From a virus (lineage: Duplodnaviria; Caudoviricetes), in the IMG/VR virus record IMGVR_UViG_3300025288_000090, positions 1 through 27,546 of that record: a stretch of 27,546 nt of DNA; one strand, given 5' to 3'. The notes under the pieces are model-generated. The model saw only the letters and a program-made list of their open reading frames with translations. It was not told where the DNA came from and searched no databases. The translations under genes and the position numbers were made by a program. Positions 1 through 10,500 of the stretch are shown piece by piece. Numbering within the stretch: the stretch's first letter is position 1; every line of letters starts with the position of its first letter.

Positions 1-489
1 GATAACTTAGGAGCAGCTACAGCGCAAATTTCTATGCAGTATGCTTCTGGAGGCTCCTTAGCCTGGCTCATGGGATACGTTGCCCCAGTCTCTTATGCCA
101 CTACCAATAGAGTGCAAGCCTTCGTGGTGGGTGGCAATGTGTACTCTGGGTCTTACCATGACGCTTTTAACTTCAGTCATAATACTTCAGCTTCTGATAC
201 TACAATGGCAGTTGTAGGAATGACTGGGCAAACAGGTAGTATCGTAGAATGGCGAAATAAATCTGACCCTCTTGTAATGCTCGCTAAAGTAGAAGCTGAT
301 GGTAGTGTAGTTAGCACTCGTAAAGTAAGGACAGGTGTTTTTACAGCTGCTACTCTACCTGCTGGAGTTGTAGGAGATAGGGCTTTCGTATCAGATGCTC
401 TTACGCAAAGTTTTGGTGCAGTAGTTGCAGGAGGCGGGGCTATTGGAACTCCTGTCTACTACGATGGTACTAATTGGCGCATTGGTTGA
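1..489 (+). CDS. Tail fibre/tailspike protein, C-terminal fragment (5' truncated by the window)
   Basis: Frame is open from base 1. Gly/Thr/Val-rich beta-type sequence ending in FTAATLPAGVVGDRAFVSDA...PVYYDGTNWRIG, a C-terminal motif typical of phage fibre/spike proteins. Lies in the structural arm. Confidence 0.65.
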   Translation, partial: DNLGAATAQISMQYASGGSLAWLMGYVAPVSYATTNRVQAFVVGGNVYSGSYHDAFNFSHNTSASDTTMAVVGMTGQTGSIVEWRNKSDPLVMLAKVEADGSVVSTRKVRTGVFTAATLPAGVVGDRAFVSDALTQSFGAVVAGGGAIGTPVYYDGTNWRIG

Positions 490-530
490 TTGGTTTGTTA
501 TTTTATTATTCTACTTAGAAGGGGAACATC

Positions 531-857
531 ATGGCACTAAAAGGTACATTCAATCAAGTAATCCGCGCAGGTAACCTATCAGCAACCGCGCAAATCCCTT
601 CAGCCTACATGCGATTAGCAGAAGTTCGTGTGGTTAATAGGTATGTCAAGCAAGGAGAGCCTGTAACTATTACTAAAGATGTTGTAGTAAAGGGAACTCT
701 AGAAGTCTATGCTCTATCTACAGACGCAGCGAACGGAGTTGATATGCTGGCTTCTGCTGAATACGAATGCCCGCATGGCGCAGGAAAGATTGCAGAAGTG
801 GAGCTCTATGCTTACCTAACCACTCTACCGGAATTCTCTGACTGCCTACCGGCATAA
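531..857 (+). CDS. Small protein downstream of the tail fibre, possibly a fibre assembly/accessory protein
   Basis: GAAGGGG RBS before the ATG. C-terminal LYAYLTTLPEFSDC resembles the 'AY.HLKTLPEF' ending of small proteins that commonly follow fibre genes. Function inferred from position. Confidence 0.5.
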   Translation: MALKGTFNQVIRAGNLSATAQIPSAYMRLAEVRVVNRYVKQGEPVTITKDVVVKGTLEVYALSTDAANGVDMLASAEYECPHGAGKIAEVELYAYLTTLPEFSDCLPA

Positions 858-869
858 TAGGGGGCTTTG

Positions 870-1115
870 ATGATAGAACAGAGCCGCAGGAATCCATTAT
901 CAGAAGAAGAGATTGCCAGGATAGTGAACGCTATAAAAGGGTCTCAAGAGGATACTTTTCATCTTAGTTCAGAGGAACATTATGCTGCTCATAAGAGACT
1001 AGATAGACTGCTGGATGCTTTCGATGCCGCGCAGAATATCTTCTGGAAAGCCTTCCTAGGTGCAGTAATCATAGGAGCCCTCTTCCTAGCTTCTTTCCCC
1101 GCCTTCAAACACTAA
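870..1115 (+). CDS. Small membrane protein with one C-terminal TM helix (holin/antiholin candidate)
   Basis: Hydrophilic helical N-terminus, then IFWKAFLGAVIIGALFLASF. First gene of the lysis cluster. ATG at 870 follows AGGGG; TTG at 867 is an alternative start. Confidence 0.5.
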   Translation: MIEQSRRNPLSEEEIARIVNAIKGSQEDTFHLSSEEHYAAHKRLDRLLDAFDAAQNIFWKAFLGAVIIGALFLASFPAFKH

Positions 1116-1132
1116 TCCCTTAGGAGTTTAGC

Positions 1133-1654
1133 ATGTTACTTACTATATTATCACTGCTAGGAGGAGGACTTGGAGGAGTCCTTCGCTTTATTCCTGAAGT
1201 CTTAAAACTATTCTCCGAGGGAAAGGATAGGGCACATGAACTAGAGATGACTAGACTGCAACTAGAGATTGACAAGGCTAGAGCCGCGCAAAATCTTGAC
1301 CTTGCCAAAGTAACAGGGGAAGAGACTAGGGCAACTCTCGAGGCTCACCGAGGAGCTACTATCAGCGAGGCAGATGCCACAGCTTATATAGCCGCTATCG
1401 AGGCACAGGGCAAGCCTAGTGGCGTGGCTTGGGTTGATGCTCTAAATGCTTCAGTCCGCCCCGTGCTGATGTACTGGTGGCAGATTCTATTTACTCTAGT
1501 AAAATTCTGTACTATCTGGGTAGCCTTAGATAACTACTCGACTATGCAGGTCTTTATAGCTTCTATCTGGACAGCAGAAGATGCAGGGATACTGGCTATG
1601 ATGCTAGGCTTCTTCTTCTGTGATAGAACTCTGAGGAAGTATCGTGGCCACTGA
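1133..1654 (+). CDS. Putative holin (3TM-type holin-like)
   Basis: N-terminal hydrophobic MLLTILSLLGGGLGG, coiled middle, WVDALNASVRPV motif, two more hydrophobic segments and a basic end (FFFCDRTLRK). AGGAG RBS; overlaps the endolysin start. Confidence 0.65.
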   Translation: MLLTILSLLGGGLGGVLRFIPEVLKLFSEGKDRAHELEMTRLQLEIDKARAAQNLDLAKVTGEETRATLEAHRGATISEADATAYIAAIEAQGKPSGVAWVDALNASVRPVLMYWWQILFTLVKFCTIWVALDNYSTMQVFIASIWTAEDAGILAMMLGFFFCDRTLRKYRGH

Positions 1655-2123
1655 TACCATTTCTCTAGCCCTTCCTATTGTAAGGCAGTTATGCTTGCAG
1701 TTTGAAGGGCTACGGCTTTATCCATACCTATGCCCCGCTGGAATCCCCACAATAGGAGTAGGAAGTACCTACTACGAGGACGGGACGAGGGTTAAGTTAT
1801 CAGACCCTAAGATTTCAAAGGAGAGAGCCTTAGCCTTACTAGACTCCACCCTACTCTCTACTTACCTTCCTAAGTCGCTGTCCTTATGTCCTAGAGTTTC
1901 CTATTCTACTCTAGCAGTCCTCGCCGATTTTTCCTACAATCTAGGTGTAACTCGACTAAAAGGTTCAACCCTGCGCCGTGCTGTTAATGCAGGGGACATG
2001 CAAAGGGCAAGGCTTGAATTAGCCAAATGGGTGCGAGGTGGCGGTAGAATACTTCCTGGGTTAGTAGCCCGTAGACAAGCAGAAATTAGATTACTAGGAG
2101 ATTATAATGGCAGTAGCAAATAG
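1644..2123 (+). CDS. Endolysin, GH24 (T4/P22-type) lysozyme
   Basis: FEGLRLYPYLCPAGIPTIGVG catalytic E-x8-C-x5-T motif, FSYNLG, STLRR, KWVRGGGRILPGLVARRQAE. GTG start. Confidence 0.95.
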   Translation: MATDTISLALPIVRQLCLQFEGLRLYPYLCPAGIPTIGVGSTYYEDGTRVKLSDPKISKERALALLDSTLLSTYLPKSLSLCPRVSYSTLAVLADFSYNLGVTRLKGSTLRRAVNAGDMQRARLELAKWVRGGGRILPGLVARRQAEIRLLGDYNGSSK

Positions 2124-2490
2124 GTATCCCCTCTCTACCCCTGAAGGGGCATTCATTCCGCTAGATGCAGTGCGTCCTTTAGGAATCACAGTCTTTCCTT
2201 TTAGCACAGGCACATTCTCTTCATTCCCGATTACAGGAACTAATCTCCTGCGCCTATCTTCTCTTGTGGATTGCTACATAAGCTATGCAGTTCCTACTAT
2301 CCCACTGAATGCTTCAGGTACAGCTAATCCTCAAGTATTCCTTCTAAGAGGGGGAGTACCCCAAGTAGTGTCCTTGCTCGACCTAACCCAACTAGCTGTG
2401 ATGGGAGTAGCTTCTGCTGGTACCTGCTACATAGAAGAGCTAGAAGTATGGGCTTCCTTAAAACTAGACTCACAGATAGGGAGAATCTAA
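2107..2490 (+). CDS. Hypothetical protein, probable virion/tail component
   Basis: AGGAG RBS, 127 aa beta-rich sequence, abuts the start of the 871 aa tail gene. Confidence 0.55.
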   Translation: MAVANRYPLSTPEGAFIPLDAVRPLGITVFPFSTGTFSSFPITGTNLLRLSSLVDCYISYAVPTIPLNASGTANPQVFLLRGGVPQVVSLLDLTQLAVMGVASAGTCYIEELEVWASLKLDSQIGRI

Positions 2491-5106
2491 ATGCAATCCG
2501 CGCGAACTCACATAGTTGACGTAACAGAAAGCTATGCAGTAATTGACCCTAACGCTTTTCCTAGCAATCTAGGCTACACGGCAGCAGAAGATACCCCAAC
2601 TAAGACCCTTCCTATCTTAGCCTTTGAAGGAGTAAACTTCCTTCCTACTGCTTATGGATATAGGAGCTTCTTTGGCACTAACTCTTTGCTGGACATTGCT
2701 CCTCTAGCTGCGCGCTGCGATAGGGTTCTATCCTACCAGTTCGCAGACTATTCTTACCTTCTGATAGCTCTCTGTGAGGATGGTATTTGGACTTGCTTTC
2801 CTTCTACTATTGGAGCACCTTGGGTGCATTCTGTAGTGCAAACAGTCCCCCCTACAGGAACCTACTCAGAATTCACCTATGCAGTTATAGCTAACGTAGT
2901 CTACTTCTATCGGCAAGGAGATTCCCTTGTATGGAAGCTCACCCCTCTATCCTATACTCCTACTCTTACTTTTACCTCCTTTACTCCTACCTTTCTTAAT
3001 ATGGCAGGGCAAATGGGCATCTTCCACGCCAATGGTAGACTGGGATTCTGGGATTCTGCAAACTCTATAGCTTGGTCTAATGCCTCTGACCATACTGATT
3101 TTACTCCCTCTCTTCTCACTTTAGCAGGAAATGCACAATTTAATGGAGTGCTAGGAAGGATAGTTACCATTAAAGCCCAAGGGCAAGGCTTCATAATCTA
3201 TTGCACAAAGAGTGTAGTAGGGGTTCATTATCTAGTACAGGGGGCAGCCTTATGGGAAGCTAACACTATCCTAGAGAACGCAGGGATTGATTATGACAAG
3301 ATGGTAACAGCTGGAATAACTGACCTAGAGCATTATGTCTATACTAATACAGGCATTAAAAAGATAGGAGCCTATAATATTATTTCTAAGGAGCAGCAGG
3401 TCATAGGAATTCTGCCCGATGTTTATGACCTACTAGCAGAATCCCGGCAACCTGTCTACCTAGAATTTATTAACGGAAGATACCTAGTCTTTCATCAATT
3501 AGATAATGCCTATATTGACGGCAAGGCTTCCTTTACGCTTAATACTATAAACCCCTCAGCTCTATCTCTTAGGGTAAATGGAGTTCTTTGGGATGGAGTA
3601 ACCTATATCCCTCCTACAGCTTTTGCCGGAATGACTACTACAGAACTGTATAGTGATGCAGTCCAGTGGTGGAGCACCTCACTTAGTGGAGACTTAGAGA
3701 AGTATGTAGTTCCTTACAGTGGAATAGGCTTCCCTGATTCTTATGTTGCAGCCGATGCAGAAAAGCAGAAGGGAATCTGGCAGGCAGATGCTAGGGCTAG
3801 GCAGCGTAGAGTAGATGCTTGGTGGGATAAACCCTCAGTAACTACCGATAAAATCTATAAGGCTGGAGTAGCAACAAGTACAGAAGCAGCTAAGATTGTA
3901 GCAGATGCTACAGCGGCTAATGGGGGGATAGTAAATATCTGGAGAGACTATATTGTTACTGGCACTCCTGCTATCTTAGGGCCTGTCTACACTGATACAG
4001 GGACGCACTTTGCCCAAGGTGAGATGACTATGGTAGCCAGTGGGGGTAGGGATATACTGGAGACTAGAGAGAAGACCTATTATAGTCAGTTTCATACAGG
4101 GATTGTTATTGGCTATAAGGGTACGGCTATAAATTATGGTGGTCTACCCGTAGCTGAGTATACTGCTAGTACCCTGGAAGGAGTGTATCAAGCATTCTGG
4201 GATTCGAATCCTGATACCTATGACCTAACAGGGTATCACTACTATAATAAACAGTGGCTGGCTAGTCCTCATGGTGGGGACCGTAGTCTGGGTTATGATT
4301 ACTACGCTACTAGCGACCCTTTACATATACTGCACAATGGGGGAGTCCTTGACCTCTATACTAACAGCATTAAGGGGAAGAGCTATGATATTCATGAAGT
4401 AATAACTATTCATTATCTTATTCCTATTGATACTAGCCTAAGTCTTACAAGAACGTGGACAGCAGAAGTGCATGACTTAAAAGCCTCTGCCTACTCGACT
4501 ACCATGACTTATGCAACTGGAGGAATGCCCTATACCCCTCCTATAGCAACACTTCCAGTAGATACTTCTATTACATTTCCAGGAGCTTCCTTTCTAATAC
4601 AGTCTGGATTACCCGCGCCGATTTATCCCTCCTATGTAGGAGCTCTAGTCTTCGACGTGGCGTTAGGAAAGTGGGGAAAGCTGAAAGCAACCTACTCTAC
4701 CCTGATTGACTATACCCCTATCAATGCTCTAGTTACTTCTCTGTCTTATACAAAGCAAGGAATAGATGGGGGAATTCTACAGGCAGGAGCAGTAAAGAGC
4801 TTTGATTCTAATCCGGTAGAATCTTGGATGCGCTGGGGAAAGATAGGAGCTACCCGAGAGGGAATGACTAAACTGCATACAGTAGCCGCGACCTTTAGGC
4901 AAGGAGGGAAGGGCACAGTAGAAGTTGATACCTCCCTGGATGGCATCTCCTTAGACCCTGACTTACATACTGCATTCTCTTTTGCTTCGGTAGGGAAGGC
5001 TTCTTCCTATCTAAATAATATAGGCAAGTACCATACCATCACACTTCGAGGAACTTACGACTTGCAAGGGCTTGAGTTCAGGAGTAGTATTAGCAGCAGA
5101 AGATAA
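2491..5106 (+). CDS. Tail nozzle / DNA-stabilisation protein (analogous to P22 gp10 or T7 gp12)
   Basis: 871 aa, beta-propeller-like N-terminal half (NFLPTAYGYRSFFG, GRLGFWDSANSIAWS), beta-sandwich-like C-terminus. Placed directly before three ejection-type genes as in podoviruses. Inference from size, composition and synteny. Confidence 0.6.
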   Translation: MQSARTHIVDVTESYAVIDPNAFPSNLGYTAAEDTPTKTLPILAFEGVNFLPTAYGYRSFFGTNSLLDIAPLAARCDRVLSYQFADYSYLLIALCEDGIWTCFPSTIGAPWVHSVVQTVPPTGTYSEFTYAVIANVVYFYRQGDSLVWKLTPLSYTPTLTFTSFTPTFLNMAGQMGIFHANGRLGFWDSANSIAWSNASDHTDFTPSLLTLAGNAQFNGVLGRIVTIKAQGQGFIIYCTKSVVGVHYLVQGAALWEANTILENAGIDYDKMVTAGITDLEHYVYTNTGIKKIGAYNIISKEQQVIGILPDVYDLLAESRQPVYLEFINGRYLVFHQLDNAYIDGKASFTLNTINPSALSLRVNGVLWDGVTYIPPTAFAGMTTTELYSDAVQWWSTSLSGDLEKYVVPYSGIGFPDSYVAADAEKQKGIWQADARARQRRVDAWWDKPSVTTDKIYKAGVATSTEAAKIVADATAANGGIVNIWRDYIVTGTPAILGPVYTDTGTHFAQGEMTMVASGGRDILETREKTYYSQFHTGIVIGYKGTAINYGGLPVAEYTASTLEGVYQAFWDSNPDTYDLTGYHYYNKQWLASPHGGDRSLGYDYYATSDPLHILHNGGVLDLYTNSIKGKSYDIHEVITIHYLIPIDTSLSLTRTWTAEVHDLKASAYSTTMTYATGGMPYTPPIATLPVDTSITFPGASFLIQSGLPAPIYPSYVGALVFDVALGKWGKLKATYSTLIDYTPINALVTSLSYTKQGIDGGILQAGAVKSFDSNPVESWMRWGKIGATREGMTKLHTVAATFRQGGKGTVEVDTSLDGISLDPDLHTAFSFASVGKASSYLNNIGKYHTITLRGTYDLQGLEFRSSISSRR

Positions 5107-5128
5107 CTCACAATGAAAGGAAAGAATC

Positions 5129-5680
5129 ATGGCAATTTTATTACCCTTTAATACACAAGGCGGGCAGTCTACAGAACAAGGACAACTAGCTCTTGACGAG
5201 GCAATTAAAAGACTGCTAGATTCCCTAGCCCAGTATTCCCCACAGGCAGCTAAAGCAGACGCCCAAGGAGCTGTAAACTTAGAAGTAGCTAAGCACCAGC
5301 AGGATATTCTGCCTCAATTAGCGAGGGCTACAGAAGCTGCAGGGACTTCAGGAGGCTCTATGCAAGCCCTCTTAGCTAATCAAACTCTTGCAGAATCTGC
5401 TCAACGAGGAGCAGCAGTAGGGGCTGACTTAGCAGCTAGATACGGAGCAGTAAGTGCTGCCATTCTAGGAGACACTGCCCAAGTATCTAAGGCTTCTTCT
5501 GACCTATACGCTAAACTACAGGCAGACCAGGCGGCTGCTGCCCTAGAATCTACAAAGCTCCAAATGGATATAATTGCTAAAGAGGAGGAAAGAAGGCAGC
5601 AACAGAATCAATTCGAGCAGAAACGCAGGGACTACCAAGACCAGCTACAGGTGCTTTCTGGTAGACCTTGGTGGGCTTAA
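5129..5680 (+). CDS. Internal virion (ejection) protein, small
   Basis: Ala/Gln-rich helical 183 aa with a coiled-coil C-terminus. AAAGGA RBS; first of three genes of increasing size. Confidence 0.6.
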   Translation: MAILLPFNTQGGQSTEQGQLALDEAIKRLLDSLAQYSPQAAKADAQGAVNLEVAKHQQDILPQLARATEAAGTSGGSMQALLANQTLAESAQRGAAVGADLAARYGAVSAAILGDTAQVSKASSDLYAKLQADQAAAALESTKLQMDIIAKEEERRQQQNQFEQKRRDYQDQLQVLSGRPWWA

Positions 5681-5699
5681 CTAATTTAAGGAGATTCTC

Positions 5700-7529
5700 A
5701 TGGGAAGTGATTTTTATTCTAATATGTTGCAGACAATTGCAAACTACAGGCTAGGGCAGCGGACTTTAGACCAAGCAGCAGAGAAGCAATCGTATGACAT
5801 GCAAAAAGAAGCCAATGCTAGAAGAAGGGAGAAGGACATTCTACAGGCTCTCTCTAGTTCCTTCTCTGCTCCTGACACTTCTACTAAGCAGCCAGTGGTA
5901 GGAAGCCCGGGCACAGGGAAGGCCGTGCCGAGTGGTAATTCTATAGAGGCTCTTAATGCAAGGGCACAAGACCGAGGAGGTTCCGTTGTATACTCTAAAG
6001 ACGCCAAGGGAGGAATTGTAGTTTCTCAAGCTCCTTCTGCTCCCTTGGCTTCCTCTGTTCCATCAAACCCATCAAATCCTGCAGCCCCTAGAGGTTTTAG
6101 CTTTCCCGCAGCTGTAGCCGATATAAACTCTTCTACTGGGCTAGACAGGGCTAATAAGTTCTATTCTTTCCAAGGGCAGGCAGGAGCAGAAATAGCCTTG
6201 CAGGAAGCTGATATAGTGAACGGGGTTAGGCGGAAGTTTAGAGTAGACTCCCTGCAAGCTAATCTGGACAACGCTCAAAGAGCCTTGGCTTCTATCGCTA
6301 ATCCCCCTGCTTCTGCCCTTAATCTAGTAACAGGATTAAGAGACCAGTTACAGCGTGCAGAATCTGCTGCGCAGCGAGAGCAGGCTGTAGCAATAGCTAC
6401 TAATCCAGCGCTGAACTCTCTTAAGAATAGCGTAGCAGCCTTTACTAAGCAAGAAGAAGTTAATATAGCCAATGATTCTGCCGACCTTAGAAAGACAGCG
6501 GAAATGGCGGCACAGGTTCAAGCCCTGTATGGTGGCAAACTCCTTACTCTGGCTAAGTCCTTCAATATGGGTTCAGCCTCTCCTGAAGAGCTTAATCGTT
6601 CTGCTGCAGTCCTAATTAAGAATCCTAAGAATGTGGCAGCCTTAGATGCAGCTTCTAGTGGCGACACAGACGGGCTAATAGGTCTTTCTACAGCCGGGAA
6701 TACTGCCGCTAGAGCCTTGCTGATTGAGGCTCAAGTTAGTGCAAAGAACGGGGATAATATCCACCTTGACCCGGAGAGGGTAAAGTCTATTCGATTGCAG
6801 GCAGCCAACGATGTAGCTACTATAGAAACCTTGACTAAAGATAAGGCAGCCTTTAAGAGTGTCTTTATGGAACAGGCTCCTGCTATGGGGTTGAGTAGAA
6901 CAGATAAAGACTCTTTAACTACAGCCTTAGCCCCCTACATAGGGACTGTTACAGGGAAAGACGCCCTAGCCCAACAGACTGAAGCTCGAACTAACTTCGC
7001 TAAGAAGCTCCTTAGTTTTGCCTCTAAACAGAAGCTCTATTCAGACATGGGGCAACTCTCTGATTCAGGTGACATGAAAGCAGGACATGGTAGTCTAGGG
7101 CAGGCTTATGTAAAAGCGCAGAAAGCCTTCCCAGGAATTCCAGTAACTAAGGATGCCCTAATCCAGCAGATAGTCGATATGGATAATCCTAGGGATAAAG
7201 CAACAGCCTTAGATGCTCTGCAAGCTAAGATAGTGGGAGCTGCCAAGGCTTCCTCAGAATACCCTATCGGTGGATTCTATGATACCTTAGCTATCCAAAG
7301 GGATATTCAAGAGACAGAATCTAATGGAATAATATCAAGGATTCTAAACGCAGCTTCTAGCCATCTAGGGGGAGCCATAACAGCAGGAACACTGGCTGGA
7401 ATGGGGGCTACTCTAGTAACAAAGAATTCTCTAGCTGGACTATATGCTGGGCTAGGAACTGCTGTGGCATATGATGCAGTAGGCACCCTAGGTACCATGT
7501 ACAATGAACAACCTACACCTAATGAATAA
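5700..7529 (+). CDS. Internal virion (ejection) protein, medium
   Basis: 609 aa Ala-rich helical sequence with no Cys, a Pro/Ser linker and a Gly/Ala hydrophobic C-terminal hairpin. TAAGGAG RBS. Confidence 0.6.
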   Translation: MGSDFYSNMLQTIANYRLGQRTLDQAAEKQSYDMQKEANARRREKDILQALSSSFSAPDTSTKQPVVGSPGTGKAVPSGNSIEALNARAQDRGGSVVYSKDAKGGIVVSQAPSAPLASSVPSNPSNPAAPRGFSFPAAVADINSSTGLDRANKFYSFQGQAGAEIALQEADIVNGVRRKFRVDSLQANLDNAQRALASIANPPASALNLVTGLRDQLQRAESAAQREQAVAIATNPALNSLKNSVAAFTKQEEVNIANDSADLRKTAEMAAQVQALYGGKLLTLAKSFNMGSASPEELNRSAAVLIKNPKNVAALDAASSGDTDGLIGLSTAGNTAARALLIEAQVSAKNGDNIHLDPERVKSIRLQAANDVATIETLTKDKAAFKSVFMEQAPAMGLSRTDKDSLTTALAPYIGTVTGKDALAQQTEARTNFAKKLLSFASKQKLYSDMGQLSDSGDMKAGHGSLGQAYVKAQKAFPGIPVTKDALIQQIVDMDNPRDKATALDALQAKIVGAAKASSEYPIGGFYDTLAIQRDIQETESNGIISRILNAASSHLGGAITAGTLAGMGATLVTKNSLAGLYAGLGTAVAYDAVGTLGTMYNEQPTPNE

Positions 7530-7539
7530 GGAGAATACC

Positions 7540-10500
7540 ATGGCAGAAAATTATGACCCTCTTAAGTCTCTGGCTTCAGGCTATGCTACACAAAACCTCG
7601 CCGCCGCAGATAGCCTATCAATCCCTTCAACTCTACTGCATGGGCTAGTTGCCTCTACAGTAGATGCTGGGGTATCTATCTTTAATAGTCTCCCTGGGAC
7701 TAAAGGAGATGCACAGACTTCAGACATTCTAAGTAAGATAGATAAGAATGCTTTGGAGGTATACAATGAACACTCCGATACAATCCATTCTTTATCCTTT
7801 GTCGAGGGCAGTTTTGCCCCCATAGGCATTTCCTCTAAGATAATGACAATGCTGCGTGATGGCAGTAAGGCAGTAAACTGGTTTACAGAAGCCGGGCGTG
7901 TGAGTAGACTGGCAAAAGTAGAGAATCTCTATAAGGAAGGTTTGGCTCAATCCTCTGCTCTGTCTTCTGCCACCAGCTCTTACTATCTGGCACGAGGAGC
8001 TAATGCTATAGCAGATGCTACAGCTATGGAAGTAGCAACTAACTTGGCTATGTGGGAACACCCTTTCATGGAAGACTATAGAAAAGATTGGGGGAGTAAC
8101 TTCCTAACTAACCTAGCCTTAGGTGGCGGGATATTAGGCATAGGTAACCAGATTATAGCTCGCGGCGAGGTTGCTGCTGTCCATGTAGCTGAAGACTCTA
8201 AGCTCTTCGGGCTACGCACAAGTAGAGTATTACCTGTAGCTCCTGACATTCCCTATGGTGCTCAAGTAGTAGAAAGGTCGCAGAACATTGCTCGACTAGA
8301 GAGTATCCTAGTAGATGCAAAGGATGTAACATTACCTTCCTTTACCCTCTCTCCTAGAATCGAAGAGGCTGTAAAGGGAGAGATTGTACTACAGAAGTCT
8401 GCTGCGCAAGATGCCTTTAATGCTATGACCTCGGAGGATATTCAGCTCCTTCCTATAGAGGAGAAGAATCTGCTGCAAGGAGCTATAGTTAAATTAAATG
8501 TAACCGAAGCCGATTCTATATCTTTCTATAGAATCCCTGAAGTAGTAGGCACTGGTAAGAAGGGCGCAGTTCCTATTCCTTTAGCAGAAGCTGCGGGTAT
8601 CATACCAGATAAAACCGCCTTCTCTTTGGCAGGGGAGCAGTTTATCCCTAAGTCTATAGCCCCTAAGTATACTTCTATTGCTGACACTGTAACAGGCTCA
8701 GTAGAGAGTTCTCTTAAGACTTTAGCCAAGGAATCCCGCGCTGCTGACTACTCTGTTAAGGCTAGGGAAGAATTTGCAATTACCTCAGAATCCCTGACTG
8801 GCGCGGCTCTTGACAGGGAACATGCTATTGCATTTCTTAGAATGCAGAAGGCTTCGATAGAAGACCTTGGGAAGATAGTTATTTCAAAGGGAGACTTCCC
8901 TTTATTAAAGGCAGTCACTTCTAGGGCAAGGGTTCTAGAGGCTGAAGGGAAGGATATGTCAAGCCTTAAAATTACTATGGCTATTCCAGAAGTTTCTCAG
9001 GAGGTAGCAAATAATCAACTACTAAGGGGAAAAAGATTAGATAGAAGTTATCTATCCAGTGTGGAAAAGCTACGAGATGAGCTAAAGACTCCTAAAGGAC
9101 AGGATTCAACCATTGAGGCTATTAAGGCCAAACTCGAGATAATGGCTTCTCCTGAAGGACTTGTTTATCTTCCTAAAGTAACTAGGGTTAGGAAGAATGG
9201 TACAGCTACTTATCTGTTAGACCCTTCAGTCTCGACTAAACTCCATAGTCTCAGGGTATCAGATATTACAGATATGGCGTGGAGAACGGATGGAACTCTA
9301 GAGATAAAGGCTCCTATGGGAACGGATAGTATTAAACTTCCTAAAGTCACTCCAGTTGCAGCCTCTACAGCCCAGGTATCCTTCGATGAACTCAATCAAC
9401 TCCAGGGATTTACTTCTATGGCTACAGCTAGGGACTTTCAAGCTATAGGCTATCCCCCTGAATACATAGCCAAATACTTAGGGCAGGACATGAAAGGACT
9501 TGATAGGTTCACTTCGGAGGATAGCATAACGGCTGCTATGCACAGCTCTAATAGATTACTGGAGTTAAAGTCTAATAGGAAGAAGCTAGAGAATCAGCAG
9601 ATTAAAGCTCAACTTAATGCAGCTGCCTTGAACAATATAGATGCCTCTCTTCTAGGTTACTGGACACAGGCTAGTCCCTCGAAGCTAGTGCGGGATATTG
9701 GTGTCAGCCTAGAATCAAAAGGAAGAACTACTGTTGTGGGTCTCTTAAAGAAAGCATTACCTGAAGTAATGAGTTCTAAGATAGGGAGTACCTTCTGGCA
9801 GTCCTCTAACTTTGCCTTAGATAAGATGGGAGCTGCGGGCATCTACATCACAGAATTAGGGAAAGGGGTTACTGCAATGCAGAACTCCTTTAAGCAGTCT
9901 ATAGTTAATCCCTTATCTCAAGTAGCTGCTGATATTGCTCGGGATGACTTAGCTAGAATAGAGGCTTCTACAGCTCTAAACTTCCTATCTTCTCTTACAG
10001 GAAAGCGTCTATATCATGACGGCAAATTCTATACCTCTAATTCCCTGTATAAGAAGCCCCTAGACTTTGATGCCGTACTGTCCCTCGATAAATCTTCTAG
10101 GACTGCCTACCTAACTACCAGGAATGTAGACCAAGAACTTCCTTTTCTGGAGCAGAAGTATTTCGGCGCGGATTATGCTGTAATTAGTCCTAAAGTAGGG
10201 GCTTTCCTAGAATCCCTGCAAAATACAGGGCGTGACTTATTACACCTGCATAATGCTAATGCTAATATCCTAGGTCGTAGTACAATAGAGGATTCAGGAT
10301 TCTGGGTTCCTCCTAGGAATACTGTAGGTAAAGAAGTAGCCTATGCCTTCGAGAAAAGCACAGGAAGAACTAGTATGTTCCTAGCAGATACTGATAAGGA
10401 ACTGGTGCAACTTACCCGCGACTTTCATAATAGCCTACCTGAAGGGCAAAAGCTGGATACTGATATTATATTCAAGGGACAAGACCAAGAGCTCTTTAAT

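Noticed and set aside
1-5106. Diversity-generating retroelement acting on the tail genes
   Set aside because: No reverse transcriptase and no template/variable repeat pair seen in the window.
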